From IMG/VR virus record IMGVR_UViG_3300021426_000067: a stretch of DNA of 64,000 bases, one strand, 5' to 3'. Below, piece after piece: positions 10,923 through 22,381 of the stretch. Each line of letters starts with the position of its first letter. The stretch's first letter is position 1. The position numbers and the translations under genes were made by a program. Source of the stretch: a virus. Lineage: Duplodnaviria; Caudoviricetes. Below the pieces are notes generated by a model, which made no database searches, had not been told where the DNA came from, and saw only the letters and a program-made list of their open reading frames with translations.

Positions 10923-12011
10923 ATGGCATTAACAAGAGATCAACTTATTGAGTTAGCCAGAGCCAATGCGAGAGCTTCATTAAATCCTTCTGTCGCTTAC
11001 TCTTTTGGCGGAGAAAAACTGTCAGCAGAGGCACTGGATAAAACTTTTATTAAGGAGTTAAATGAATTAGGTGCAACTCCTCAAGCATTTAGAGAAAATA
11101 AAAATCTTATTTATACATTAATTGAAGTAAGCCTTACAGAGATTCTTCCGCCTAAGGTTCTTCAAAGCTACGGTCAATTCGCGGATGTTCAAACTTTTGC
11201 TCAAGGTACAAAACCTGTTTATAAAGTTAGAATTAGCGAGGCTTCTAAGAAACGTGCTAAACAATTCGTTACAAGAGTTGGTTTAGCTGGTCGTTATGAA
11301 GTCTTCAAACTTGATGGATATTCACTTGAAGTTCCTACAGCAGCTTTCGGAGGAGCTTCCAGGGTAGAATGGGAAGAACTTCTTGATGGTCGTATGACAA
11401 TGAGCGATTACTACAACTTAGTTCTTGAAGGAATGGACGAAGCTGTTTATCGTGAAATTGCGAAAGCTCTTGAAGCTACAGTTGCTGGTATTAAACCTGC
11501 AAATAAAACTGTCCAAACTGCTTTTAATGAAAAAGCTATGGATCAATTACTTATGACTGCAGATATGTATGGAAAGAGTTCAATTTATTGTACTTTTGAA
11601 TTTGCGGCAACTATGATTCCTGCAGCAAATAGTGGTATGTGGTCTGACAGTATGAAAGAGCAAATTTGGAACAATGGCGCATTTGCAAATTATAAAAACC
11701 ATTCAGTAATTATTCTCCCTCAATCTTTCACAGATGAGACTAATACTGAAAAAGTCATTGATCCTTCTTATGCTTGGATTATTCCTAATGGTGCGGAGAA
11801 ACCTGTAAAAGTTGCTTTTGAAGGTTCAGCACAAGTTAAATCATTTGAGAACCGTGACTGGTCAACAGAAATTCAGACATACCAAAAACTGGGTGTAGCT
11901 ACTTACATGATTAATCCTGGTATTTGCGTATATCAAAATACTTCTTTAAAGAAAGCTATCCATTATCCAATTGGATCTGATAACTTCGATCCCGTACCAG
12001 TTAATCCTTGA
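10923..12011 (+). CDS. major capsid protein
   Basis: 362 aa, strong RBS, position after protease, followed by terminator; no TAG. Confidence 0.8.
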   Translation: MALTRDQLIELARANARASLNPSVAYSFGGEKLSAEALDKTFIKELNELGATPQAFRENKNLIYTLIEVSLTEILPPKVLQSYGQFADVQTFAQGTKPVYKVRISEASKKRAKQFVTRVGLAGRYEVFKLDGYSLEVPTAAFGGASRVEWEELLDGRMTMSDYYNLVLEGMDEAVYREIAKALEATVAGIKPANKTVQTAFNEKAMDQLLMTADMYGKSSIYCTFEFAATMIPAANSGMWSDSMKEQIWNNGAFANYKNHSVIILPQSFTDETNTEKVIDPSYAWIIPNGAEKPVKVAFEGSAQVKSFENRDWSTEIQTYQKLGVATYMINPGICVYQNTSLKKAIHYPIGSDNFDPVPVNP

Positions 12012-12032
12012 TGATTAAATAAAAATGTGAAT

Positions 12033-12065
12033 ATGGGGAGAATGAGTAATTCTCCCCATTTTTTT
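12033..12065 (+). terminator. rho-independent terminator
   Basis: ATGGGGAGAAT-loop-ATTCTCCCCAT + T-run. Confidence 0.85.
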
Positions 12066-12094
12066 ACTATAAGAGATAAAAGGAGTTTTTAAAT

Positions 12095-12667
12095 ATGATT
12101 AATAAAGATACATTAATAAAAGTTACTAATAAATATAATGGAACAGTGGGTTATGATGTTCCTGATTTAATGGTGCATAGAGAATTTTATCCAGGAGAGT
12201 ATAAAGAAATTACTTTTGAAGAATTAGAAAAACTTTCTTTTGCACCAGGCGGAGACGTTATTTTAAATCAATTTCTTGAAATTGATAATAAAGATGCGGT
12301 AATGAGTTTATTTGGAAAAGAACCAGAACCAGAATATTATTATACAAAAGCAGATATACAAGAGCTTATGTTGAAAGGTTCGTTAGACCAATTTTTAGAT
12401 TGTTTAGATTTTGCTCCAGAGTCAGTTAAAGAAATTATTAAAGACTTGGCGGTAGAATTACCTTTAAATGATGTAGCAAAAAGAGATGCCATTAGAGATA
12501 AAATGGGTTTTGATGTTTCAAAAGCAATTGAAATTAAAAATACTAAATTTGATGGCGGTGATGAAGATACTTCAGGAAATAAAACTCAGACAAAAAGACG
12601 TGCTCCCGCGCCTAAGGCGGCGCCCGCTCCATCAGGTCGTCGATACACTCCCGCTTCTAAAGAATAA
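12095..12667 (+). CDS. hypothetical virion-morphogenesis protein
   Basis: 190-aa ORF with RBS in the head operon. Confidence 0.6.
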   Translation: MINKDTLIKVTNKYNGTVGYDVPDLMVHREFYPGEYKEITFEELEKLSFAPGGDVILNQFLEIDNKDAVMSLFGKEPEPEYYYTKADIQELMLKGSLDQFLDCLDFAPESVKEIIKDLAVELPLNDVAKRDAIRDKMGFDVSKAIEIKNTKFDGGDEDTSGNKTQTKRRAPAPKAAPAPSGRRYTPASKE

Positions 12668-12688
12668 TTTTTTATAGGGGGTATATAA

Positions 12689-13246
12689 ATGAATACAACT
12701 TCTTTTTCACTTGTATATGACTCCTTCCTTTCAAAAATTACAGATGATATGTATTTAGAACTAACGGAGCTTGATACATTTAGAATGTTAGAACAGCTTT
12801 TATGTTCTGCTATTGAGAGATTTGAATTTCCACGAGTAAATATATGGGATTATGATTTATTTGAAATTGAAGATGAAAGAACTTATTGTGGCGTAGAAAG
12901 CCAAAATATAGAAGTCCCAGTAATTATTTATAGTGGAGGATATTTTAATAATCCGTTGACGCATGAAGAAATTAATATATTATCTCATTATATGATTGTA
13001 GAATGGTTAAGTCAACAACTTGCCAGTGTAGAAAATACACGCATGAAATATAGTGGTTCAGATTTTAAATTTACCTCTCAAGCAAATCATATGCAAAAAC
13101 TTCTTCAATTGAAAAAGGATTATGAAAGAGAGGGCTTTCATCTTCAACGTTTATATAAAAGAAGAAAACAGGATAAAAATGGCATTATGAGATCTACTTT
13201 TGATGTTATTATGCGACCTGTGACTTATACAACTGATTTAAATTAA
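12689..13246 (+). CDS. putative head-tail adaptor
   Basis: F..VYD.FLSKITD, DFKFTSQANH motifs; position. Confidence 0.55.
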   Translation: MNTTSFSLVYDSFLSKITDDMYLELTELDTFRMLEQLLCSAIERFEFPRVNIWDYDLFEIEDERTYCGVESQNIEVPVIIYSGGYFNNPLTHEEINILSHYMIVEWLSQQLASVENTRMKYSGSDFKFTSQANHMQKLLQLKKDYEREGFHLQRLYKRRKQDKNGIMRSTFDVIMRPVTYTTDLN

Positions 13247-13270
13247 TTTTAAAATTGGAGGGTAAAATTA

Positions 13271-14623
13271 ATGGCTTAGATTTCAAAAATTACCTTACCT
13301 TCTGGTGTTACGTATGACTTAAAAGACGCCCAAGCGCGTTCAGACATTGAGGCTTTACAAACCAGTGTTACAGGTGGTATGCACTATATTGGTGTTACCA
13401 CAACTGCATTAACAGATGGAGCAACTACAAATCCTATTAAAATTAATAATGCTGATGTTACTCCTAAAGCGGGTGACATTGTTATGTATGGAAGTTTAGA
13501 ATTTGTATGGGCAAGTAGTGATGGAAAATGGCATGAATTTGGTTCAACAGGCTCTTTAAAAAGTTTAGCTTTTAAAGATAGTGCTTCTGGAAGTTATACT
13601 CCAGAAGGAAGTGTTTCACCTACTTTTAAAGGCTCTCAAACAGGAGTTACTATTACAGTAGCAAATAATACAAGCGGAAATTATACACCTGCAGGAACTA
13701 TTACTGCTCCAACTTTTACAGGACAGTCAATGACTTCAACTGGGTCTTATACTCCTGCGGGAACTGTCGATATTAGTGTTACTAAAACTGAAGGACAATC
13801 TGTTACAGTTTCGGCGGCTTCTTCAGGTACTATAACATATACTCCTAAGGGAAGTATTGGTACTATTAATTTTACTGGTGAAAATACTGCTTTCTCTGGG
13901 ACTTATACTCCAAGTGGAACAGTAAGACTTACTGGAAAAACTCCTACAACTACAACAGTTTCTTCTGCTAATTCTGGAACTGCGACTTACACTCCTGCGG
14001 GTAGTATTCAAGTTCCTATAAAAGTAAAAACTGCGGGGACTACAGCTACAATAAAAAATCCTTCTACAATTCGAACTGTAGCAAAAACTGTAGTGGCTGC
14101 CGCGCCAGGAGCAACTGCGCCAAGTAATAATTTAACTTATTATAATGTAACAGGAGAAACTTTATCTTTATACCAATTAGGCTATACAACGGATGCGGCT
14201 ATTTCAACCAGTAATGTAACTGTAAAAACAGGAGACGCAGCATATGAGGCTGACTCTCCTACTTTCCAAGGAACTGGAGCCAGATTAGTTACAGATAGTT
14301 TCGATATCCCTACAACAGCTGCTTTTGAAGGAACAGAGGGAACTGTAAATGTTTCAGGAACTCCGCTTGGAAGTGTAAATACTCCAGCCTTCACAGGAAC
14401 TGGAGTTAGACTTGTTACAGGAAGTATTTCTGTTCCTAAGACTATTTCTGGTGGATTCCATGGAACAGAAGCTACTATTTCTGTTACTGGAACTACAACA
14501 GGACAAGTAGGAGCACCTACATTTAATGGTACTAAAGTTCAAATTAGTGGTACAACAACTGCGGCAGGTACTATTGAAAATACTGAATTTGTTGGTACAC
14601 CAAAAACTGTTACAGTATCTTAA
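13271..14623 (+). CDS. Thr/Gly-rich repetitive fibre/whisker-like structural protein (single TAG at codon 3)
   Basis: 450 aa; GGAGG RBS before ATG 13271; repeated YTPxG(T/S) and PTFxG units. Confidence 0.65.
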
Positions 14624-14644
14624 TAAGGAAGGAGGGCGCCGATT

Positions 14645-14794
14645 ATGGCAGATATTTCAGAAATTATCCTTCCTAACGGAAATCAATATGATTTAAAAGA
14701 TAAATTGGCAGCGCATGTTGTATTTTCATAGACTCAACCGACAACCCAAAAAACTGGTGACGTTTGGGTAATTATAGAAGAAGTTGAAACATAA
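14645..14794 (+). CDS. 49-aa protein sharing its N-terminus with 13271..14623 (1 TAG)
   Basis: MADISEIILPNGNQYDLKD...S*TQPTTQKTGDVW; GGAGG RBS. Confidence 0.65.
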
Positions 14795-14825
14795 GGGCGT
14801 CATTGGAAATTTGGAGGGTTAAGTT

Positions 14826-15155
14826 ATGATATTAAAATATAATATAGATATAGGAAATAATGTAATTTCCCATAGATTGCAAAATCTTATTAATCAAATT
14901 TATAAACTCCTACCCAGTCGAGAAGAAGGAATAGATTGGGAAAAACCTTTAGAAACTATTATGGAAGAATTAGCGGGATTAGAAAGATTAATGGATGGCG
15001 GCTATCCGGAAATCTTTCTTCCGCTACTTAGTAAATTAGAAGGACTCTTTTTATTAACTGACGTTGAAGATTTTTCTTGTTATAGAAGAACTATTTTTGA
15101 ATGTTTAGGATTAATGAATGAGTTAAAGAAAGAATTATGTCCTTAGAATTATTAA
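14826..15155 (+). CDS. hypothetical protein
   Basis: NQIYKLLP.REE motif; TAG at 15144 followed two codons later by TAA. Confidence 0.65.
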
Positions 15156-16120
15156 ATAAAAGATTACAATATCAGGGCGGTAATCAATAGCAAAGATTCA
15201 TTAATGATAAATTAAGAGGTTTAAAACGCGCCCTGTTATATTCTTATCAAGCCGCGACCGCTATTTTAGCAGATGGTAAAGAGTTTAGATGTTTGATTAA
15301 TCCAGATAAAAATAAGCCTGCTTATGATAATAAAATTCTTTCAATCCCATATAAAGATATTTGTTTAAATATGCCAAGAATAGGTAAAACTATTGAAGGA
15401 GAAATTCCTATTGATATTAAACCTGGTGATGTTTTTGTTTGGAAAGAAACAAATACTCATTGGTTAGTTTATTTATAGTATATTGAAGAGGATGCTTATT
15501 TTCGTTCATAGATTCGTAGATGCGATCAATAGATAAAAGTAAATAATGAAGAATATTGGGTTTATATTAGAGGTCCTGTTGAAACATCGATAGAATGGAC
15601 TCAGAAGTCAGGAATAGAATGGAATACATTAAACTATTCTTTAGTTATGTATATAACCGCTGATGAAAATACTAATAATTATTTTGAAAGATTTCAAACT
15701 GTAAAAGTAATAGACCCAAGATATAATACAGAAAAAACTTGGCAAATAGTAGGCGTTGATCCTTATTATGGTGATGGTATTTTACAAATCTTTTTAGATG
15801 AATTTTTTGAGAATCCTATTGCAGATGCTGAAAAAGAATATCAAAAAGAACATTATAAATAGAAAATAATAGATGAAACACAACCTTATATCAGCGGCCC
15901 CACAACTGTTTCACAATATAGTAAAGCATATTTTGAAATTCATAATGTGAGTAATGGGCACTGGTACTTAAAATGGGATGGAAAAGAACAAGATTTGCAT
16001 AGTTCTTTAAATATTATTCCGTTAAATATTTCTATGGGAAAATTAGGAATATTTACGTTAATATATAGAATCGAGGGGTAGGAAGATATTACTCTTGATG
16101 TCAAGATTACCGCTCTATAA
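15137..16120 (+). CDS. putative head-closure/neck protein (6 in-frame TAG)
   Basis: 327 aa with read-through; GDVFVW...WLVYL..AYFR..IRRC. Confidence 0.6.
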
Positions 16121-16149
16121 GGAAGAGATAAAAGGAGTAGACAAAACAT

Positions 16150-16755
16150 ATGAAAAAAGATTTAGCTTTAAGACCAACTGATTTTACTTCATCTTTTTTA
16201 TCATGTGAAAAAGATTTAGAATCAATTTTAAGAAAATTGTTTGTAGAAAGTCAACCTTATAGTAATTAGCTAAAAAAATTATTAGTTATTAACACTAAGG
16301 ATTGTTTAGATAATAAAACCAGTTAGGTTTATAATAATGCAATAAAAGATATGAGTCTTGCAAAATTGCGGGAATAGGGTTATATTAAATTTGAACCTAA
16401 AGTAAAAATGCCAGAACATGAAGATATAAAAAGTTATTTAATTTTTTCTTTTGATAATTTTAAATCTAATTATAATAATCCTCAATTTAGAGATTGTAAT
16501 GTTTATATTGATGTTCTTTGTCATACTGACTATTGGGATTTAGGAGGTTTTAGGCTTAGACCTTTAAAGATTTGCGGTTATATTGATGGCATTTTAAATA
16601 ATGCGCGTTTATCAGGAATTGGAATGTTTCAGTTTTCGGGATGTAATGAATTAGTTCTTGATGAAACTCTATCTGGTTATACATTATCTTATGCCGCTAT
16701 TCATGGCACAGACGATGTTTTACCAAGTCAGCATAATTGGGTGAAGAATGGTTGA
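16150..16755 (+). CDS. putative tail completion/terminator protein (3 in-frame TAG)
   Basis: 201 aa; FD.F..N..NPQFRDC...D.LCH...W...RP motif; position. Confidence 0.55.
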
Positions 16756-17500
16756 TGAATTACTTTTATTATCAGGTAATGATATACCCTTTCCCGAAGC
16801 AAAATTAACGATTCATCAACCGCGTTTAAAAGAAATTGCATATCTTACTTAGACTAACTTTTGGCCAAGCTGTTAGTTATTAAAATTTAATAAAGAATCT
16901 TTAATAGATTAGGACAGAATTGGATTAACGAATATGTCAAATTTTAATATAATAATGACGATAGTTCAAGGGAAAGATTTAGAAGCAAGACAAGCAAAAA
17001 TAAATATGCTTTCTCTTTTGACTTTATTATTTCCTACAAGCGAGATTATTTTAAATAAGAAAGTAATTCAAATACGAAATGTTTAGACTGGTGAAACAAG
17101 TTAGATTAATTAGTAGAATTATGATTCTTTTAAAAAAATCTTAGTTACAATGTTTTGTCTCACGAATAAAGATAATGAATAGTATAATCCAAGCGGTGAC
17201 TTAGCTCGTAAAATTGCTAATAAAATTAAGCAAGGTAGAGAGCAAAGGGCGAAGCTGGCGCCAGAAGGTAAAGTTGCTATTTTAAGTCGTTATGTATCTA
17301 TTCTTGCTGTTGGTTAGCAGAAAGATATGAATGACTTAATGAATTATACTGTTTATCAACTCATGGATGAATTTAACCGTTTTAATTTAAAACTTCAATA
17401 TGATTCTTGGTAGAAATTTAAAATTGCGGGAGCCACAGGGATGAAAGATCCAGAAGATTGGCTAAAAGACATTCATGAAATAATAAATAATGAAACATAA
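16748..17500 (+). CDS. hypothetical tail-assembly protein (10 in-frame TAG)
   Basis: 250 aa, visible only with read-through; MVDELLLLSGNDIPF...IHQPRLKEIA...YQLMDEF...AGA. Confidence 0.7.
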
Positions 17501-17532
17501 TATTTTGTACAAAATATAAGGAGGAAATCCAA

Positions 17533-18486
17533 ATGAAATTTGGTTTACGTGAAATTGCTAATGTAGTTTTCAAAGCAAAAAACGACCAGCAGATCGGACC
17601 TTATACATTTAAAAAGGGACAACCTGTGTTTTATATTGATTCTGCAAAAACATCAACTGTAGAAGGAGCAGCTACTACAGTATATGCAACTGGTGGACGC
17701 GGTAACACTCGTTTAATTGCTTGGGAAGGTGAAAAAACTTTAACATTTACTGTTGAAGATGCTCTTCTTTCTCCTGTAAGTTTCTCAATGCTTTCTGGTG
17801 CTGGTCTTTTGAAAGGTGCTGCTGATTCTACAAACAAAATTCATTTCCATCAAACTACTAATGCTGTTATTAGTACAGCTCAAGGTGGCGGAAAAGAGAT
17901 TGATTTAACAGATGCTTTAGAGAGTGGAGAGGAAATTTGTGGAACTGCTCCTATTTATGTTATCAAATTAGATGAATTTGGTGATTTAACTGGTGAAATT
18001 ATTGAAGGATGCACTGTTGCAACAGGTGGTAAAAAAGTTACTCTTGGACAAGACGCAACTGCAACAGGACCTGTTATGGTTGACTACTATGTATTAAAGA
18101 ATGAAGGTACTGTATCAGAACTTCAAATTGATGCTGGTAACTTTGGTGGATATTACTACGTAGAAGCCGATACATTATTCAGACGTCAGGCGGACGGTAA
18201 AGACTTACCTGCTAATATTACATTCCCTAACGTTAAAATTCAGTCTAACTGGACATTCACAATGGCGGCTACTGGTGATCCAAGTACATTTACATTTACT
18301 ATGGATGCGTTCCCTGGTTATACATATTTTAACCGTACTAACAAAGTGCTTTGCGCTATCCAAATCGTAGATGATGCGACAGAAGTTAAATCTAATGTTA
18401 AACCTCTGTTCCCTCATCCTGCTGGATTTGATATTGACGAATCTAAAACAGATTCTGTTTCGGGATCAGATGAATCTAATATTTGA
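17533..18486 (+). CDS. major tail tube protein
   Basis: MKFG.RE.ANV, YATGGRGN.RL..W, GDPSTFTFTMDA; strong RBS; followed by terminator; no TAG. Confidence 0.75.
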   Translation: MKFGLREIANVVFKAKNDQQIGPYTFKKGQPVFYIDSAKTSTVEGAATTVYATGGRGNTRLIAWEGEKTLTFTVEDALLSPVSFSMLSGAGLLKGAADSTNKIHFHQTTNAVISTAQGGGKEIDLTDALESGEEICGTAPIYVIKLDEFGDLTGEIIEGCTVATGGKKVTLGQDATATGPVMVDYYVLKNEGTVSELQIDAGNFGGYYYVEADTLFRRQADGKDLPANITFPNVKIQSNWTFTMAATGDPSTFTFTMDAFPGYTYFNRTNKVLCAIQIVDDATEVKSNVKPLFPHPAGFDIDESKTDSVSGSDESNI

Positions 18487-18506
18487 TACTAATTAACAAT
18501 TAAATA

Positions 18507-18537
18507 AGGGGAACTTTTATAGTTCCCCTCTTTTTTA
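18507..18537 (+). terminator. rho-independent terminator
   Basis: AGGGGAACT-loop-AGTTCCCCT + T-run. Confidence 0.8.
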
Positions 18538-18551
18538 TTAGAGGAAAAAAT

Positions 18552-19901
18552 ATGAGTGCTTTAGGAGATTATATTCATTTATATACTTCACATTATTTAG
18601 ACCACGGTACAAAAAGAAAAACTGGATCAAATGAACCTAACTATAGTATAGATATAATTAATAATAGAATAACAACAAATGTTAAACCTATTAATTTATC
18701 AGCAATTAGTGAGCTTGAAAGAAAATTAAAATTAAATTCTGATTTAAAAGAAAATCAAGAATTAACTAAAGCTGAAGAATAGAGACAAAGATTAATAGAT
18801 ATTTGTTATCAATTATTATATGAACGAAGTCAAAGAATAGATGGAATTAAAAGAGTGGCAAAAGTTGCTAAGGGTGGTGAAATATTTTCTAAAGGTGGTA
18901 AGAAAATCGCCTTAGGAGATCAAACTTGGGCAGCGCATATGACTCATGCACAATTAAAATAGCTTAGTGAAAAAGCTAATGCTATATATCGTGAAATTCA
19001 AAAATTAATAAATAAAATTAATAATACTTATGGACCATATTCTTATGATGATTTTACAAAACTTGTATCTTTATTTAATGAATATACTCATTTAGCTAAA
19101 GACCCAGATAGTTCTACAATGGGTGAAATTTTACGAGCTTTAAAAGTTTATAGATATAAAGGTGCAGTAAATGAAATTTCAGGCAACTTTGGAGAAATGA
19201 TGGTAGCTATTTGTGATGATGCTTGTAACGATTTAGCTGAAGAATAGGTAAAAAAAGTAATAACTGAAGCTATTGTTGGACAGTAGAGAACAGCTATTAG
19301 ATTTAATAAAAATTTAATTTCTACTGGTTATAATTTCATGGGAACTAATCCTGATGATCAAAACCAATATTCTTTAGGATCAACGCAAAATAAAGTAGAT
19401 GTGCGAATAAAAATAAATGATGAAAATGTTTATGCAAGTGTAAAAACTTCTCAAGATGTTTCTAAAAATCCTCGTCCAAAATTACAAGATGTTAATTTAT
19501 TAGTTTCTTTAACTTTTTTAAACAGTTATCCTGGATTAGAAGATTTTGGTAACCATTGGTTAAATATGCACGTTATGCACACAAGTCATAATAAACAAAA
19601 GATATTAGATGAAATACTTAAAAAAGAAATTGCTTATGAGGCGCTTTCAAGTGGTAACCCTTTTAAACAAAACGTAGAAAGTGCAAATGTTTTTGTATAC
19701 ATTAACAGAGCAAATGGAAAAGTATATGTTCAATCAGTTCAAAAACTTTTAGATGATATGGATAGAATAGGTGGATTAAAAGAAATACCACAATTACATT
19801 TTAAAAATGAAAGACAAGATGAAATATGGCAACGTATCAATGATATTTTGGCTCAAGTTCATGCAACAAAATTACAAGTTGCTATGAATATTATTTATTA
19901 A
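18552..19901 (+). CDS. hypothetical protein, possible PD-(D/E)XK-like fold (4 in-frame TAG)
   Basis: 449 aa with read-through; GNFGE...KVDV...ASVK spacing. Confidence 0.55.
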
Positions 19902-19929
19902 TAAAAAAGAGATAAAAGGAGATTTTATT

Positions 19930-20493
19930 ATGAAAGTATCTTATGCTAATATGAAATTAAAAGTAAATACAGATGTTAATACTTTTGATTTTCATGGACA
20001 AACAATAGAAGTGTTAAAATATCTTCCTGCAAGAGATAAATATGATTTATTAATGATTACTTTGCAGAAAGCATAGAACGCAGATGGTACATATAATGAT
20101 TTTTTATTAAATCTTTATTTTGAATTAAATTTAGTTTATATGTATACTAATATTTCTTTTACAGAAAAACAGCGGGAAGATGAATTTAAACTATATGATT
20201 CTTTACAAAGTAATGGCTTTTTTAAAGAATTTTATGGAGCAATCGACGAAGATGAATATAATGAGTTGTATACACAACTTAATACTATAAAAAATACTAA
20301 TACTATTAATAGAAATAGTGTAGGCGGACTTCTTAATAAAGTTATTAGCGACCTTCCTGCAAATGCAGAAGCAGCTGCTAAGATTGTTGAAAACTTCGAT
20401 CCAAATCAATTTAAGTCAGTTGTTGATTTTGCAACATGGGCAAATGGTGGAAGAAGTATTGTAACTAATCAACCAATGCCGCCTATGAATTAA
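19930..20493 (+). CDS. hypothetical protein, possible tail chaperone (1 TAG)
   Basis: 187 aa; IEVLKYLP, YTNISFTEKQRED. Confidence 0.6.
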
Positions 20494-20534
20494 AAAGAGG
20501 GCAGATGATTAATCATCTGCCCTTTTATTTTTTT
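20494..20534. terminator. bidirectional terminator between convergent modules
   Basis: AGGGCAGATGAT-ATCATCTGCCCT flanked by A and T runs. Confidence 0.85.
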
Positions 20535-20535
20535 A

Positions 20536-20982
20536 TTAAAATTTTCCTGAATCACCAAATCCGCCAGCTCCACGGTTTGTATCTGATAAATCTTTTACTT
20601 CAATAAAATCCATTTCAAAATATGGAAGAAGAATCATTTGAGCAATTCTTTCGCCAGGTTCAATACTTTGTATTTCATCAGTATCATTATGAACTGCTAC
20701 AATGTATTCTCCTCGATAATCTGAATCACAAATACCCACACAGTTAGCGGGGCGGAGTCCGCGTTTAGTAGCAATACCAGATCGCGCCACCAATGCTGCA
20801 AAAGTTCCATGCGGTAGTGCGAATGAAAGTCCCGTTCCGATCTTTACAGTAGAATGAGGAGCAATATTAATAACATGATCAGTGGCTGCATATAAGTCAT
20901 AACCTGCCGCACATTCACTTCCTCTTGTTGGAGTTTTAGCTAAATTATTTAATTTTTTAAAATCAACTCGTGTAAATTGCAT
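20536..20982 (-). CDS. dut: dUTPase (trimeric)
   Basis: AGYDL, ARSG, G.CDSDYRGE, RIAQ, RGAGGFG.SG. Confidence 0.95.
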   Translation of the reverse strand: MQFTRVDFKKLNNLAKTPTRGSECAAGYDLYAATDHVINIAPHSTVKIGTGLSFALPHGTFAALVARSGIATKRGLRPANCVGICDSDYRGEYIVAVHNDTDEIQSIEPGERIAQMILLPYFEMDFIEVKDLSDTNRGAGGFGDSGKF

Positions 20983-21218
20983 TAGTCCACCTCATATACA
21001 ACTTTTACATCAGAAATAGGTTCTTTAATGTCATTAAAAACCTTAGTTAATACTACTTTATAATATTCTTCAACAACTTCTCCTTTTGATTTACGCTCTT
21101 TATGTTCAGTTGAATATTTACTAAGAATATATGAGCCGTCTTGCTTAGCTTCTTCTATTGTTCTTGTCGCTTGTTTTTCTGTATCAAATCTATGTGTTTC
21201 TACTGTACTAATTAACAT
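20982..21218 (-). CDS. hypothetical protein
   Basis: ORF with AGGAG RBS, coupled to dut. Confidence 0.65.
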   Translation of the reverse strand: MLISTVETHRFDTEKQATRTIEEAKQDGSYILSKYSTEHKERKSKGEVVEEYYKVVLTKVFNDIKEPISDVKVVYEVD

Positions 21219-21230
21219 ATCATTCTCCTT

Positions 21231-21491
21231 TTAAATACATTTTACAATTATTTTATTTGCGTTATATTTCGTTAATTCTTTTTCTTGAATTTCTTTAACA
21301 ATTCTCTATGAAAACTGTTTTGCGCCAGATAAGTCTACCTATTGAATATCATAAGTATATGCTAATTCAATTATATCTTCTGAGATATTATTTAATTTAC
21401 TATATCTCATTTCAAGTTTATTTCCATCCTAATAAACATAAAGACGTTGACATATATCAAATGGATGAATAATCCCAATAATTTTTTTCAT
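21231..21491 (-). CDS. hypothetical protein (3 in-frame TAG)
   Basis: 86 aa MKKIIGIIHPF...VY*DGNK; AGGAG RBS; fills the gap. Confidence 0.65.
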
Positions 21492-21503
21492 ATATTATTC
21501 TCC

Positions 21504-21884
21504 TTAACATTCAATAACACCATTGTCATAATTAAATAAATAATAGACAAAGGCTTCTTTTCCAATTTTAAGCCAAATTTCCCAATCCTCTCCCTTTTTA
21601 TCAATAGAAAGAATATCTCCTCTTTCTTGAAGCAATCCAATAAGTTCTGAGGCTGCAATTTTAGGCGGATTGGGATTTGCTTTTTGATATAAATGAAATA
21701 ATGTATAATCTCGTCTTTCATGGCAAAGTAACATAGCATATCCATCTATCTGCCAATTAAACCATTCTTCAATGTCTTGCTGGGCAGTTTTAATAGCTGC
21801 CGCGCTTAGAGTACCTTGATTTAACATAAGTCGTTTATTTATATCATATAAAGTTCCCAATGAAATTTCTTTTGTATTACCCAT
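21504..21884 (-). CDS. conserved phage hypothetical protein
   Basis: MLLCHERRDYTLF, EIW, YLFNYD motifs. Confidence 0.65.
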   Translation of the reverse strand: MGNTKEISLGTLYDINKRLMLNQGTLSAAAIKTAQQDIEEWFNWQIDGYAMLLCHERRDYTLFHLYQKANPNPPKIAASELIGLLQERGDILSIDKKGEDWEIWLKIGKEAFVYYLFNYDNGVIEC

Positions 21885-21898
21885 ATTTTATTTTCCTT

Positions 21899-22381
21899 TT
21901 AACAAATTTTTTTAGCATATTGATTATTTGATGATAATTTTACCCCCAACACTTCATCAAAATGCGGTTTTTGATTAGGTATAAATCTTCCAAATTTAAT
22001 TATAATATTTGAAAATATTTCTTTTAACGCACTTACTTCTTTAGAAATCTCATCCTCATTATAACCAGTATAAATTACTACATCATCTTGATTATGGTAT
22101 TGATGTTGAAACCAAAGAAGAAAATTATTTATTTCTCCAAAAGAATCAAATGGTTCTAATCCTTGGAAAACAATTGCTTCAGTAATAGGATTGTTTATAT
22201 ATCTAATAATAATGCTTTCACAAGAAATGTCGATATTTGGTTCTTTTACCAAAGAACTATTTTGACATACTGGTTGACCACATTCTTTATCACATTTAAA
22301 ATTACAATAAGGAAATTCAATTACCATTGAGGGTTTTTTATAATTTACAAAATCTTCATCAATTAATCCTTTTATTATCAT
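21899..22381 (-). CDS. nrdG: anaerobic ribonucleotide reductase activase
   Basis: radical-SAM-like CNFKC...CQN, GLEP, IYTGY, GRF, SSNNQ; adjacent to nrdD. Confidence 0.85.
   Translation of the reverse strand: MIIKGLIDEDFVNYKKPSMVIEFPYCNFKCDKECGQPVCQNSSLVKEPNIDISCESIIIRYINNPITEAIVFQGLEPFDSFGEINNFLLWFQHQYHNQDDVVIYTGYNEDEISKEVSALKEIFSNIIIKFGRFIPNQKPHFDEVLGVKLSSNNQYAKKIC

Noticed and set aside
2571-20493. Decayed prophage or pseudogenes as the explanation for fragmented ORFs
   Set aside because: No frameshifts and no internal TAA/TGA were seen; every break is TAG and the motifs stay intact.
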